Positions 28,843-43,498 of a DNA stretch of 64,000 nt are shown in pieces. Position 1 is the first letter of the stretch; the number at the start of each line of letters is the position of its first letter. The stretch is from Eledone cirrhosa (Eukaryota): assembly GCA_964016885.1 (NCBI GenBank), contig OZ024754.1, forward strand, positions 33,356,001-33,420,000, in the 5' to 3' direction. A program made the position numbers and the translations under genes. A model generated the notes under the pieces. It saw only the letters and a program-made list of their open reading frames with translations. It was not told the DNA's origin and made no database searches.

Positions 28843-30277
28843 TTGTAAATTATATATATATATGTGTGTGTATGTGTGTGAATTATATATGTGTGTGTAT
28901 TATATATAGAGAGAGAGAGGGGTATAGGAGTAGAGAGAGGGAGAGAAGGAGAAGAGGAGAGAGAGAAAGTGAGATGGTATGATGAGAAAATAGTGCGGAG
29001 GTGACAGGAACTCCTTTCATTGCGGAAGACCACAATTTTGTGCATGAGTTGTAAGGTCAATTGTTAAATATGAGAAAACTCTTGGAATGGGGTTTATTTT
29101 TTGGTGGGGGGGGGACCCAAAACTATTTCAAGGAAAATTATCTCCAGCACAATGATTCGAACCCCTAGTGTGGCCCTTACTTGACAAAATATTATAAATC
29201 ACCCTAGATCGATGCTTTACCATCTCTGCCAAATACATGGCCCCAGAGAACGAATGAAATAATTATTTAGAAATAAAAGATATGAGTAAGAAAGAGATTG
29301 GGTGTATAGGAGGGATGTAACCCTTAATCATGCCCCTCCCCACACACACACACACACACAGACACACACATACACACGCACGCACACATACACACGCACA
29401 CACACAGACACTCACACACACGAACGCACACACACACACACACACGGACACAAACACACACACACACACACACACTCACCCTCACACACACACTCACAAA
29501 CATACACACACGCACAAACACACACACACGCACACACACACAGATACACACACACACACACATACCCTCGCACACACACGCACAAACACACACACACAGT
29601 CACGCACACAGTCACACACACAGTCACACACACACACAGTCTTTCTCTCTTGGTCTCTCTTTAAGTTACGTGAGTTCAAACAATGCGACCAGTTTTTTTT
29701 TTCGGATTAAAAAAAATAGATGGCTGCATAAATAAATAAATATACACGATGTTATGGTTACGACAAAGATTTAAAGAACAAAAGAAGCAACTTCTCATTA
29801 AAATAAAACGTGATGGGGCTTTAGAATATATTCGTAAATGTTTTGTACTGTTGAAACGTGAATATAGAAGCTAGTTTTCACTGCACATGTCAATGTTTTG
29901 TTGTTTTTCTTAATGTTATTCTTCTTATTCTCGTTCCTGTCTTTGTTTTTGTTCTTGCTTGTTATAATTGCCGTTGTTATATTATGCCGACATAAGCCCT
30001 GTATCTGTAATACAGCGCCCTCGCAGATTCAAATGCATGGAACCTGTACAAAACTGATTGCATTTTAACAATCTTGGCAACAGATTTCATTTGTTGAAAA
30101 AAAGCAAACTCGTATATATTGGGCAACACGTTCAGGAGTTATGGTTACAGTGGAATAAAGTTCTTTCAAAATATAGTAGAACCTCTGGTAATGAACGTCG
30201 GTAAAAAAAAAAAGTACCGAACACTTTAACTACTAAGCCCACAGACCTTCATGTAGATACGTCTTTCGTTATTTTAT

Positions 30278-30398
30278 TGAACATTTCACAGACACGTATA
30301 CACTTAACGTAATTCTCAGGGAGACTCAGCATAACATTGTGTATGACAAGGCTAGCCTATTGAATCACTGTCACAACTCCTTTTTGCCAGCTCAGTGA
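30278..30398 (-). mobile_element. SINE family S3 3' part
   Basis: Reverse-complement similarity to 36790-36888 (TCTCCCTGAGAATTAYGTTAA). Confidence 0.65.
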
Positions 30399-30421
30399 TT
30401 TTTTTTTTTCCCCAATTTTTA

Positions 30422-30692
30422 AATCTGTCTGGAGCCCGGTCGTTCATCAGGCCGGTGTTTATCTTGGGTTCCTTAACGTAAAGCGACTGAAAGTTCAAGG
30501 CACCCATACACTCCTGAACAGAACGCTAGTCCATCGCAGAGTTAAATCCCCAGCTACTGTTGGTACTCATTTACTGCTGAATATACTGAAGAACGTGAAA
30601 TAAAATGTCTTGTTCAAAGAAGAAAAAAACACAACGTAGCGTTCAGAATCGAACTCTTTACGTTACAATCAAGAACCTAACACCCATACCGC
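30422..30692 (-). mobile_element. tRNA-derived SINE family S2, diverged
   Basis: Reverse complement resembles 55467-55735 (GAGTTCGATT B-box, AAATGAGTACCA, GCGATGGACT). Confidence 0.65.
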
Positions 30693-30927
30693 TTTCATTC
30701 AGTCGTATTTTTCAGATTTTCTTCTCTTATTGTATTTCTTCAAATCTCAACCTCTTCATCATATTTCTAGTTTTGCTTGATCGAAATTCAAAAGTCGCCA
30801 TAACCAACTCCTTCCAAACCTCCAACCACAATAACAACAGCAACAAAACGATATCTCAAGAATAAGAAATCGGATACCACGTTCTGTGTATGTGTATGTA
30901 TAATCGATATATGCCTGCATGTATGTA

Positions 30928-31033
<106 letters not shown>

Positions 31034-31249
31034 TGTACATGTAGGTATGTTTATATGTATATATAACTATGTATGTATGTATATGTATGTATATATAAAC
31101 ACACACATAATATATTTGCATATAGAGATATGTGTGTGTTTATATAAAAATCTGCGTATATGTGTATGTATATATGGGAGAGTATGTTTTTATATTATTA
31201 TCATTATTATTATCATCATCATATTCATCATCATGGGCAGTTATGTATG

Positions 31250-31341
<92 letters not shown>

Positions 31342-31342
31342 C

Positions 31343-31429
<87 letters not shown>

Positions 31430-31542
31430 TATACATATATATATACATATATATATACATATATATACATATATACATATATATACATATATATATACAT
31501 ATATATATATACATATATATATATACACATATATGTATATAC

Positions 31543-31573
<31 letters not shown>

Positions 31574-31866
31574 CATATATATACATATATATACATATAT
31601 ATATATATACATATATACATATATATACATATATATATATACATATATATACATATATATATACATATATATACATATATATATATACATATATATATAT
31701 ACATATATACACACATATATATATATACATATATATACATATATATATACATATATATACATATATATATAAATATATATATACATATATATATATATAC
31801 ATATATATATAAATATATATATATATACATATATATATATACATATATATATACATATATATATAA

Positions 31867-31941
<75 letters not shown>

Positions 31942-31958
31942 CATACATATATATATCT

Positions 31959-32013
<55 letters not shown>

Positions 32014-32390
32014 CATATATGTATGTACATATATATATACAATGGAATATTTTAGAAGATTCACCTTCCCCTTGAGTATGTCTCTAATTAATTGTCTTCG
32101 AGCGAAATTTATCTTTTGGCAATGACCGCCATTATTGTGGATAGAAAGTTGATCGCCAAGACGACACACTGAGCAAACTATGATTTTCTAGAAGTGAAAC
32201 ACATATGGGAATATATATTAGCGAATACACAGACGATATAGAGACGATAGACTATAGACTGTGGGAAATAGATGATCGCCAGGACTACTGCATAGTTTAC
32301 AAACAGTAAGGTGGTACATAAGGGAATATAGGTTGGACTGGACGCAGACGATATAAACAGACGACAGGCGATAGATGGCATACGATAGAT

Positions 32391-32614
32391 TGGATTGGCA
32401 GTATCGGTAGAGGGTCGGACGCCATGCTTTGCAAGCAAAGAGTTACGCTCCTTTGTGATATGAGTTCAAAACCCGCCCGAGGTTAACTTTGCCTTTCATC
32501 CTTACGGGGTCGATAAAATAAAGTACCAGTAACGTACTGTGGTCGAATTAATCGACTCCCCCCCCCTCCCCTCCTCCATATTACTGGCCTTGTGGCTAGA
32601 CTAGAAATCATTAT
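32391..32614 (+). mobile_element. S1 SINE (long form)
   Basis: Matches S1 including the internal GTCGAATTAATCGAC-C-run segment. Confidence 0.9.
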
Positions 32615-33063
32615 ATAGACTGGTGGGAAATAGATGGATTTTCTTTTTTTGTTTTTTATTTATTATTTTATTATATATATGAAAGAAGGAAGGAAGGAAA
32701 TGAAAGAGATGTTAAAGGTTGTGGGTGGTGGGTGGTGGATGAATGGATGGTGGGGTATAACAGAAGAAGGGGGGGGGTGAAGATGAAGAAGTGAGACGGG
32801 CGAAGTGAGAAGTGAGACGGGAGAAGTGAGAAGTGAGAAGTGAGAAGTGAGAAGAAGAAGAAGAAGAAGAAGAAGAAGAAGAAGAAGAAGAAGAAGAAGA
32901 AGAAGAAGAAGAAGAAGAAGAAGAAGAAGAAGAAGAAGAAGAAGAAACTTGATGTTTGTTCAGAGCGATTGAAAAGAAAATAGGAAAAGAGAAAAAAGAA
33001 TCCTTGGCAAGCAAACGAGATGTGTGTATGTATATGTGTAAATTTATGTATGTGAACTGGTAT

Positions 33064-33103
<40 letters not shown>

Positions 33104-33735
33104 TAATGTGCTTATGTGTGTGTGTGTGTGTGCGTGAGTATGTCTGCGTGTGTGTGTGAATGTGTGTGTGTGTGTGTGTGTGTGCGTCCGTATGCATGTG
33201 TGTGTGTGTGCGTGAGAAGGTGTGTTTGTGTGCGTGTGCGAATGTCTGTCTGTGTGTGTGTGTGCGTGCGTGTGAATGTGTGTGTGCGTGCGTATTAATG
33301 TGTGAGTGAGTGGTTGTATGTGTGTGTATGTGTATGTGTATGTGTGTGTATGTGTGTGTGTGTAGGTGTGTGTGTGTGTGTGTGTGTGTGTGGGGGTGTG
33401 TGTGTGTGTGTGTGTAGGTGTGTGTGTAGGTGTGTGTGTGATTTGATTGATTGCCATAGCGTCCTGAAAGCTGAAGTCAAGATAGGTCGTGGAAAAAAAA
33501 GCCTTCTAAATAAATATTATTTTGATAGCATTAGTTGGTTGGCTTGCAGCCGCTAGCCCAGCCTAGCGAGATTGTATGAAAGTAGACTGTAAGTTTCATA
33601 GACTGACTGTGGAGGAGTGATGCTAGAGCTGTGAAATCTTGCATGCATTTATAGCAACTTTTTTTTTATTAATAATTGCATTGTTTCTTTCCAGGAAATA
33701 TATTGGAGAATAATGGTCTAACAAGTTTAATCCTG

Positions 33736-33802
<67 letters not shown>

Positions 33803-34001
33803 TGTGCGTGTGTATGTGTGTGTGTGTATGTGTGCGTATGCGTGTGTATCTGTGTGTGTGCGTGTGTGTATGTGTGCGTGTGCGTGTGCGTGTGCGTGTG
33901 TATATGTGCGTGTGTATGTGTGTGTGTATGTGTGTGTGCGTGTGCGTGTGTGTGTGTATAAATGTGTGTGTGTGTGTGTGTGTGTGTAATTATATGAAAT
34001 A

Positions 34002-34155
34002 GTCGGCGAAATGGCAGAGTCCTTAGAATGTTGGATAGAATATTTTGTTGTAGTTGATCTGGCTTTCTCGCCGAGTTCAAATCCTACCGAGGTCAATTTT
34101 ACCTTTCATCCATTCGAGGTCGATAAAAAAAGTACCAGTTTAGTACTGGGGTTGA
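34002..34155 (+). mobile_element. Diverged S1 SINE
   Basis: TGGCAGAG head, GAGTTCAAATCC, CCTTTCATCCATTCGAGGTCGATAAA. Confidence 0.75.
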
Positions 34156-34217
34156 TGCTTCTTCCTCTGTATTTCTATCTCGCTTCCCGTCTCTCACTTT
34201 CTATCTTTCTCTGGAAG

Positions 34218-34397
34218 AAATCTGCTTATTCAAATGTGGAGAGGAATGGGCTCTGCCAGGCTTTAGGATGCCCTAGAAACGCCATTACGGCGCCCCTAGA
34301 ATTCCCGGATTCAGGAGTCACGGGATCATCCATGCAATACTATGAAACATCACTCTGGAATCGAACGGAAACACCCGTTAAGAAATACACCGGTTAG
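34218..34397 (+). CDS. Candidate host exon (possibly terminal), product unknown
   Basis: ~55-nt pyrimidine tract then AG at 34216-34217; GC-richer non-repetitive open frame KSAYSNVERNGLCQALGCPRNAITAPLEFPDSGVTGSSMQYYETSLW..; followed by ~2 kb of repeat-poor AT-rich sequence; no recognised homology. Confidence 0.3.
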   Translation, partial: KSAYSNVERNGLCQALGCPRNAITAPLEFPDSGVTGSSMQYYETSLWNRTETPVKKYTG

Positions 34398-36681
34398 GAA
34401 GACTGATCCGTCGAATGTTAATAGTCTTAGTCATGACCATTCTTAACTCTCTAGTGATGAGATGTGAACCGTTAATCTTTCGTTTCATAGTACCGCCTTC
34501 CATTGATTCCATTCCTCCTTCTTAATTCACTACATTCATTTATAGCTAAAAGAAAAATAATTTTATTTTCAACTTGACCTTTCATAGTATAAACCTGCAG
34601 CAGAATTTTCACTTTCTTTTCTTTGAAAAATAACTCTCTTAAAATTCCACGTTTTAAATTGTTTTAACAAACATTAGGAACTACAACCTTTACAGTTAGA
34701 TTTCAGAAACTAGAACTTTGCAACCATATTAAAGTTATTGTTTATAATACAAATTAATTTCTGGCCACTCTAGTTTTCTTTCCTTACGGATATCTATTTT
34801 GTATTTGTTATTTGTTTATTAGTTTGTTTTCTCTTTGTTGTTGTTTTCTTCCTTCTTTCTGTTTTAATGTTTACAAGATGTATGCACCCCTCGATGACTT
34901 GCACGACCCAGTTGATTAAATTGATATGGACACACATTTACAAAAAAAAAATGTATGAAGATAATAGGGGTGATAAATTGACACCCAAACAATTAATGCC
35001 GACTACAACAGCAACAATAACATAAACAACAACAACAACAATAATAATAGTAATAATAGTAATAATCTCCAACAAATTCCTCATGATACAACGCATCGTT
35101 GAAGAGTGTTGAATGAGTTCCTTAAAGCTAAAAGAATATCTAGAAAAAGAAACATAATGACAAAAGTTAGTCACAAATGGTTTAATAGTATAAGAGAAAA
35201 GAAGGAAAATGTTAAATAGAGACTGTACTAGAATAAAGAGAGAGCAAAAAAAGAGAGATCTGTGATTCTTCTTACAGAAAATACGTAACATATAGCTTAA
35301 GTCTCCAACTCTCACTACATGAAACCTAACGCATGGAATACACATACAAACCAAATACGTGTTTAACAAACAATCAAACAGTCACCCATGCACACAAACT
35401 CATAATTTTCACTAAAAATTGTGTAAGTAGACATTTGCGATCATATTTACACTAAACAAATGAGAGTGATACTCTTGTATCTAATATTTTAATTTCGTTG
35501 ATTATGTTAGAAGTTACTCAAGGTAACTGAAGACATTTTAGAAGTACTTGATATTCAATGAAAAGTCGACTGATAACACTTGACCATTTATGATTTAGTA
35601 ACAACCCTTACAAAGCTTTAGGCACATAAAAATCACTCTTATCATTCTTCTTCTTCCTCTCCGTTTTCTGTATTCCCTTCTCCATGTTATTCTTTTTTCC
35701 TCTTCATTGTCCTTCACCTCTTCAACTAGGTTTAACATTTGGTCACTAAACACCAATGTCAGTATTGTTGTAACAACGACTACTAATAAACATTCTACAG
35801 TATTTGGTTTAAGGGAGCTTTACTTTCATGTTATTTCTACTATAGCATCTTCTTTTCTGTTGCTATGTTGAAGCAACCTATTTCTATCTAGATAGAAGTA
35901 ACGTGGTTAGTCAAACATTAGTGTGTTCATTGAACTGTAAAATGGTCAGTTGTGCGCACATATATTCACACACAATCCATTTCTACACATATTTATACAT
36001 AGACAGATTAAGAGGGAAAGAGATAAAGTAAAAGAAGTTATTACAAGTATTGCTTTAGGAATTAGACTGAGAGAGATAGAGTCAGGAAACATGGGTAATG
36101 GAATAATCAACCATCTTCAATCTCACTTTTAAGCATGAAATGCAGCCGCCTGTCATTACATATATCTCCGAAACACTCTTCTTACCCAGTAGTTTTTAAT
36201 ATTACCCTTTACAACATTAGGATTGTGCTAGAATGTGTAGTTGAAACGATTATATGGTCTGAGTAATGATTTAAAAATTGCAGAAAAGCAGACAATAGTT
36301 TGAATTGATTGAAGCAAACGACAGTGTTACAATGAACATAGCCGTTGGTGAAACATACTAAGATGGCGCATCAAGAAGGTTGAGATGAGACATCTTAAAA
36401 ACAAAATATGATTTATTAAAAACAAACTCTCCTTGAAAGCTACAAGATCAAAGAGGAAAGTGACTGGAGGTGTTCAGAATATGTTTTATTAAACAATTTA
36501 GGTGGTGAATGCCGAAAACTAACCGTCAGTTCTCGTTGAACTGGGTCTATGAACCGGTTTCAATTTCCGGGTGAAGCCATTTCAGTTACAATGAAGTGAA
36601 ATGGCTTCAACTCGGAAATGGAAAGTGTCTGTTGTTTGTATATGTTTGTTTGTATGTAATAAAAAGTCTGTGGAAGTTTGT

Positions 36682-36888
36682 GGGGCGTCCGATCGTAAGG
36701 TTGCCAGTTCGAAATCAAGCGACGCATTGTGTCTTTGAACACGACACTTTATTTCACATTGTTCCAGTCAACTCAGCTGGGATTAGTTTTATCTGTAATT
36801 CAAAAAGCCAGTAATGTCACACGCTGTGTGTCACACTGAATCTCCCTGAGAATTATGTTAAAGATATACATTTCTGAGAAATGTTCAT
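36682..36888 (+). mobile_element. tRNA-derived SINE family S3
   Basis: GTTCGAAATC B-box, TTGTGTCTTTGAACACGACACTTTATTTCAC body, tail shared with 30278-30398. Confidence 0.65.
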
Positions 36889-37500
36889 CTATAATGTAAT
36901 CGACGATGATCTAACACACACACACATATACACACATATACACATATAAACACATATATACACATATACATACACATACATATACACACATACATACACA
37001 CATAAACACACACACATACACACACACATACATACGTATATACACATACACACACATATACACATATACACACATACATACACATACACATACACACACA
37101 TAAACACACACATACACACATATACACACAGATACATATACACACACACATAAACACACACACATACACACACACATACATGCGTATATACACATACACA
37201 CACATATACACATATACACACATACATACACATACACATACACACACATAAACACACACATACACACATATACACACAGATACATATACACACACATATA
37301 TACACATACACACATACAGATACACACACACATACATACACATACACACACGCACACACACATACATCCACATGTACACACATATATACACACATACATA
37401 TACATACACTCACATAAACACACACATACACACACATTTTGAAGCTACTCAATATTCTAGCCCTTATCAACATTATATTACTAGGACTAGGGACGTGCAA

Positions 37501-37675
37501 TGGCAGTATAGTTGCGGCCCTTTACGTCCCGAGTTCAAATCCCGCCGGGGTTAGCTTTGCCTTTCATCCTTACGAGGTCGATAAAATAAAGCACCAGTAA
37601 TGTACTGGGGTCGATTTGATCGAATTTCCCCTCCCCCAAAATCGCTGGCCTTGTGCCTAAAGTAGAAACAATTAT
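37501..37675 (+). mobile_element. S1 SINE (long form, partial head)
   Basis: Matches S1. Confidence 0.88.
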
Positions 37676-37773
37676 ATTACTGGTACTCATTTTTCGATCA
37701 TTGTTGAAATCAAATGAAGATCAATCGCGACAGAATTTGGACACAAATCGAAGAGAGATCAATCAAACAGTAG

Positions 37774-38714
37774 AGTATTTAGTCAGACACTATAGTATTT
37801 ATTCAGACACACTATAGTATTTAGTCAGACACACTATAATATTTAGTCAGACACACTATAATATTTAGTCAGACACACTACAATATTTAATCAGACACAC
37901 TATAATATTTAGTCAGACACTACAATATTTCGTCAGACACACTATAATATTTAGTCAGACACTACAATATTTAGTCAGACACACTATAATATTTAGTCAG
38001 ACACACTACAGTATTTAGTCAGACACACTATAGTATTTAGTCAGACACACTATAATATTTAGTCAGACACACTATAATATTTAGTCAGACACACTATAGT
38101 ATTTAGTCAGAAACACTATAATATTTAGTCAGACACACTATAATATTTAGTCAGACACACTATAGTATTTAGTCAGACACACTATAATATTTAGTCAGAC
38201 ACACTATAATATTTAGTCAGACACACTACAGTTTTTAGTCAGACACACTATAGTATTTAATCAGACACGCTATAATATTTAGTCGGACACTATGATATTT
38301 AGTCAGACACACTATAATATTTAGTCAGACACACTATAGTATTTAGTCAGACACTATAATATTTAGTCAGACACACTACAATATTTAGCCAGACACTATA
38401 ATATTTAATCAGACACACTGCAATATTTAGTCAGACACACTATAGTATTTAGTCAGACACTAATATTTAGTCAGACACACTACAATATTTAGTCAGACAC
38501 TATAATATTTAGTCAGACACACTACAATATTTAGTCAGACACACTATAGTATTTAGTCAGACACACTATAGTATTTAGTCAGACACACTATGGTATTTAG
38601 TCAGACACACTATAATATTTAGTCAGACACACTACAATATTTAGTCAGACACACTATAGTATTTAGTCAGACACACTATAGTATTTAGTCAGACACACTA
38701 TGGTATTTAGTCAG
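37774..38714. repeat. 22-bp minisatellite (ATTTAGTCAGACACACTATA(A/G)T)n
   Basis: About 43 tandem units. Confidence 0.97.
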
Positions 38715-38849
38715 GCCGTCAGGGTATTATCACCCACAAAGATGGTTGTCTCATGACCTCTTTTGAGCAAAATAATTACAGCCAAATACGAAATACAAAA
38801 ACTTAACGGAGCTCCGAACTGCACGTTTTCTCTGAGCAAACAACAAAGT

Positions 38850-39087
<238 letters not shown>

Positions 39088-39574
39088 TTTAAGAGAAAGG
39101 AATGAGATTAATACCGGAAGACGTGTAAGGATGACCAAACCGTTGGAAAGACTACACCGCTGGAGAATTGAAAGTGTGAAGGACTGTTTATTTATAATAG
39201 AGCTAAGACTAACTAACATACAATAACGTTTAAATTTGAAAAGCAACCAACAAACAAAACGAATATAAACCTAAGGCTTTTTTCACATTTTCTTCAAGTG
39301 TTGTTTTCCTCCTCCGGCTAGAAATGGTAACTATGAGCTTGACAAGAATCGGATAGACGACACATAATATGGAAAGAAGAAAAATGAATTAATATCCGAG
39401 AGATAAAGAAGGGTAGGAAGAAAGGAAATGTTGGAAACGAAAGAAAACAATCGAACTATCCAACAAATATTATATTCCACTAGCGTTTTACACCCGAACT
39501 CACATCATTAACGTTACCCTCATGTCTCTTCATTTTCTACTTCCGCTAATATTTTTCTTTAACTGAGCGCCTTT

Positions 39575-40781
39575 GTTGGTTGGTTAGTTGCCTGGCTGGC
39601 TGGCTCGCTGGTTGGCTCGCTGGCTGGCTGGTTGGTTGGTTGGTTAGCTGGCTGGTTGGTTGGCTGACTGGGTGGCTGGTTGGGTGGTTGGTTGGCTGGT
39701 TGGCTGGCTGGCTGGCTGGTTGGCTGGTTGGCTGGTTGGCTGGTTTGTAGGTTGGCTGGTGGGTTGGCTGGGTGGTTGGTTAGCTGGCTGGTTGGGTGGC
39801 TGGTTGGCTGGTTGGTTGGCTGGTTGGTTGGCTGGGTTGTTGGTTAGCTGGCTGACTGGGTGGCTGGCTGGTTCGTTGGCTGGTTGGCTGGTTGGCTGGT
39901 TGGTTGGTTGGCTGGTTGGTTGGCTGGGTGGTTGGTTAGCTGGCTGACTGGGTGGCTGGTTGGCTGGTTGGTTGGCTGGCTGGCTGGTTGGCTGGTTGGT
40001 TGGTTGGCTGGTTGGTTGGTCGGTTGGCTGGCTGGCTGGCTGTTTGGGTGATTGGTTGGTTGGCTGGCTGGCTGTTTGGGTGGTTGGTTGGTTGGCTGGT
40101 TGGCTGGCTGGATGGTTGGTTAGCTGGCTGGCTGGGTAGCTGGTTGGCTGGTTGGTTGGCTTGCTGGCTGGCTGGCTGGCTGGCTGGTTGGTTGGGTGGT
40201 TGGGTGGGTGGTTGGTTGGCTGGCTGGCTGGCTGGCTGGCTGGCTCGTTGGTTAGCTGGCTGACTGGGTGGTTGGTTGGCTGGGTGGTTGGTTGGCTGTT
40301 TGGTGGTTGGCTGGGTGTTGGTTCGGTGGTTGGTTGGCTGTTTGGGTGGTTGGGTGGTTGATTGGCTGGCTGGTTGGTTAGTTATCTGGCTGACTGTGTG
40401 GCTGGTTAACTGGCTGGTTGGCTGGGTGTTTGGTTAGCTGGCTGACAGGATGGCTGGTTGGTTGGCTGGGTGGTTGGTTGATTGGTTGGTTGGCTGACTG
40501 GGTGGTTGGTTGGGTGGTTGGTTGGCTGGCTGGATGTTTGGGTGGTTGGTTGATTGGTTGGTTGGCTCTTTGGTGGTTGGCTGGGTGTTGGTTCGGTGGT
40601 CGTTTGGCTGGCTCGCTGGTTCTGTTTGGCTGATTGGGTGGTTGGCTGTTTGGGTGGATGGCTGGCTGGTCACTAGCTGGTTAGTTAGCTGGCTGGCTGG
40701 TTGATTGATTGGTTGGTTGGTTAGCTGGTTTTCTGGCTGCTTTGTTGTGTGATTGATGGTTGCCTGGCTGGTTGGTTGGTT
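39575..40781. repeat. (GGTT/GGCT)n tetranucleotide array
   Basis: Direct inspection. Confidence 0.95.
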
Positions 40782-40833
40782 ACTTGTCAAGTAATTGTGC
40801 GATGCTCTACCGATACTGCCAATTCACCGCCCT

Positions 40834-40875
<42 letters not shown>

Positions 40876-40879
40876 ATAA

Positions 40880-41222
40880 TACAAGGACGGTTTGTTAAGC
40901 CATCATTACGTTTATTGATTGGTGACGCCAGTTGTTGTAACAACACCTTTCTAGGAGAGGGAAACTCTGAAAAAGAAACCTCCGGCTTCCGAAGCATCCG
41001 ATGATGTTGACCAGTTCTTCTTTTCGGGTAGTGTTTTCGATGCTCAGAGAATGGGATTGGTCGAGTACAAGGCCTTTCTCCACTTAAAAAACCTTCAAAG
41101 CACAGGCATTGCTTGTTCAGGTTATATTACAGGTTTGTGTGACTGGCTGTAGCCTAAAAGTGCACCATTTTCTGTAATCTGACAAGCGATTGCAGTACTC
41201 TTAGCAGAGTTTGAAGCCATCA
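40880..41222 (+). mobile_element. RTE-related non-autonomous element, relative of 13929-14533
   Basis: CTAGGAGAGGGAAACTCTGA and GCACAGGCATTGCTT shared with the minus strand of 13929-14533. Confidence 0.5.
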
Positions 41223-41471
41223 TGTATATAGAGAGACAGATAAACACATATATAGTTAGACAGACAGACAAACAGATAGAAAGGGTGAAATAGATTAAGT
41301 GACTAAAATGAGTACATAAAAAGTGACAGAGAAACAGACAGATAGGTCATAAATCTGTACTTTACAATTAGTTAACTGATAACTACTATGAAGGAATAAA
41401 ATAGAATAACTAACTTACACAGCTAGCATGTAAGAGAGAAAGTAAGAGATATGTATGTGTGAGTATTTTAC

Positions 41472-41992
41472 AATTAGTGTTCTGACTCGTCAGTTGGAGC
41501 TTTGGGTACAGACGGAAAAAATATTTATTCTCTTTTTCCATTCTATCTCACCGAACGTACAACATTTTCATAATACCCACGGTTCTATTTAACGGACATT
41601 ATCAAGTAAGTGAAGGTTTCATTATTCTGTTATGAATGGCTAAATTAAAAGTTTAAAAAAACTCGCGTAATTTTTCTCCAGGTAATATTATTTGAAAGTA
41701 ACGGCTAATAACGAATGGTAGAAAATTTGAAAGAAATCCTAAAGAGCGCTGTTAGAAGAGAGATAACTCTTCAAAAGACTCCAAATAATATATTTACGCT
41801 GTCAGGCAACTGATTTTAACAGCCATTTATAAGCCATTTCCTGTAGAGGCAGCAATAGTTTCCTGTACATAGTAACATTATGTATGGTACAAATCGTCAT
41901 TTGTATTTTATGCCCATTCGGCAATGTTGATTTTTTAATTAGCTAATTGTAAAAGAGACAAGATTTCTGAGGCACTGTTACAGTTAATTCTC
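41472..41992 (+). repeat. ~450-bp dispersed repeat, copy 1 (inverted partner at 54974-55439)
   Basis: 41553-41990 is a near-identical reverse complement of 54974-55416. Confidence 0.9.
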
Positions 41993-42002
41993 TCTCTCTC
42001 TG

Positions 42003-42103
<101 letters not shown>

Positions 42104-42278
42104 TAAGTTATTCCGGGTTCAATCGGGGGTAACCACAGTAAGTAAGGTACTCAATACATAGCAGAGTATAAATGTTTTAATATAGAAAAGCTTCTACAGG
42201 ACTAGAACTGCAGCTTCCTGTTTATTTATCACGAATGAAACAGTTCTAGTCCTGTAGAAGCTTTTCTATATTAAAACA
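42104..42278 (-). mobile_element. Hairpin-plus-tail element family 2
   Basis: Perfect 38-bp arms 42173-42210 / 42241-42278; tail with GTACTCAATAC; decayed hammerhead core (CTGTTTA) in the loop; flanked by (TA)n. Confidence 0.8.
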
Positions 42279-42540
<262 letters not shown>

Positions 42541-42545
<5 letters not shown>

Positions 42546-42772
42546 TGTGTATATACATGAACACTGTGTAAATACTGTGTATATACATGAATACTGTGTA
42601 AATACTGTGTATATACATGAATACTGTGTATATACTGTGTATATACATGAATACTGTGTAAATACTGTGTATATACATGAATACTGTGTAAATACTGTGT
42701 ATATACATGAACACTGTGTAAATACTGTGTATATACATGAATACTGTGTATATACTGTGTATATACATAAAT
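42541..42772. repeat. 30-bp minisatellite (AATACTGTGTATATACATGAATACTGTGTA)n
   Basis: About 7.7 units. Confidence 0.95.
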
Positions 42773-43116
42773 ATTTCGGTCTCTTTATATACAATCAAGT
42801 TTGTACCAACAAATCCATTCCTTTTGAAACAGAAACACAAGAGTAAACCCCAGCTTGCTGAAATAAATATAGTCAGTAATCGATTAATAAAGTACAACAA
42901 TATACGGAATACCATAGACCATACAACAGCATAAATGCAAAATATCGTCTGCAAACTGTGTAAAGGGAATATGATAAGTCCACAGCTCCATTGTGGGCCA
43001 CATATGATACAGATACACGATCAAACATATCCTGCATCGAAAACCAGCTAAGCAACCTCACCACCTACATGCTCACATCTCAAAAAAATTGCACTTAATC
43101 ATTATACCTATCACAA

Positions 43117-43498
43117 GGGTGGTAGATTGGCAGTATTGGTAGAGCTGAGGTTCTCACAGTTGGTTCCGCAAAGGAGTGTTCGGGGTTCCGTGAAAAAAAG
43201 GTAGGGGGATATATTTATATTGCGACAGACTATGGGGTTCCCCCCAAAAAAAATTCTGAACCAAAAAGTGTTCTGCGTTTGAAAAAGTTTGGCAAACCCA
43301 GTGGTAGAGGATAATATACTTTGCAGCATAGAGTTACAGCCCTTTACGTTCTGAGTTCAAATCTCGCCGAGTTTAACTTTTCCTTTTATCCATACAGGTA
43401 GTCGATAAAATAAAGTACCAGTAATGCACTAGGGTCAATTTAATCGAATTTCCTCTCCCCTAAAATTGTTGGCGTTGTGCCTAAATCAGAGACCAATA
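43117..43498 (+). mobile_element. S1 SINE (long form) interrupted by a hAT-type MITE
   Basis: Head 43117-43144; the element resumes at 43302. Confidence 0.85.
43145..43301. mobile_element. hAT-type MITE, 157 bp
   Basis: 8-bp target-site duplication TGGTAGAG (43137-43144, 43302-43309); termini CTGAGGTT / AACCCAG; internal GGGGTTCC motifs. Confidence 0.75.

Noticed and set aside
32040-32190. Possible small exons (also 50800-51007 and 51824-51892)
   Set aside because: Short frames with plausible splice dinucleotides but no recognisable homology and ambiguous strand
37774-38714. CRISPR-like array (also considered for 1590-6345 and 42541-42772)
   Set aside because: Head-to-tail units with no unique spacers, no cas genes and a eukaryotic context
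39660-40704. Trp/Gly/Leu-rich ORFs
   Set aside because: A (GGYT)n tetranucleotide repeat
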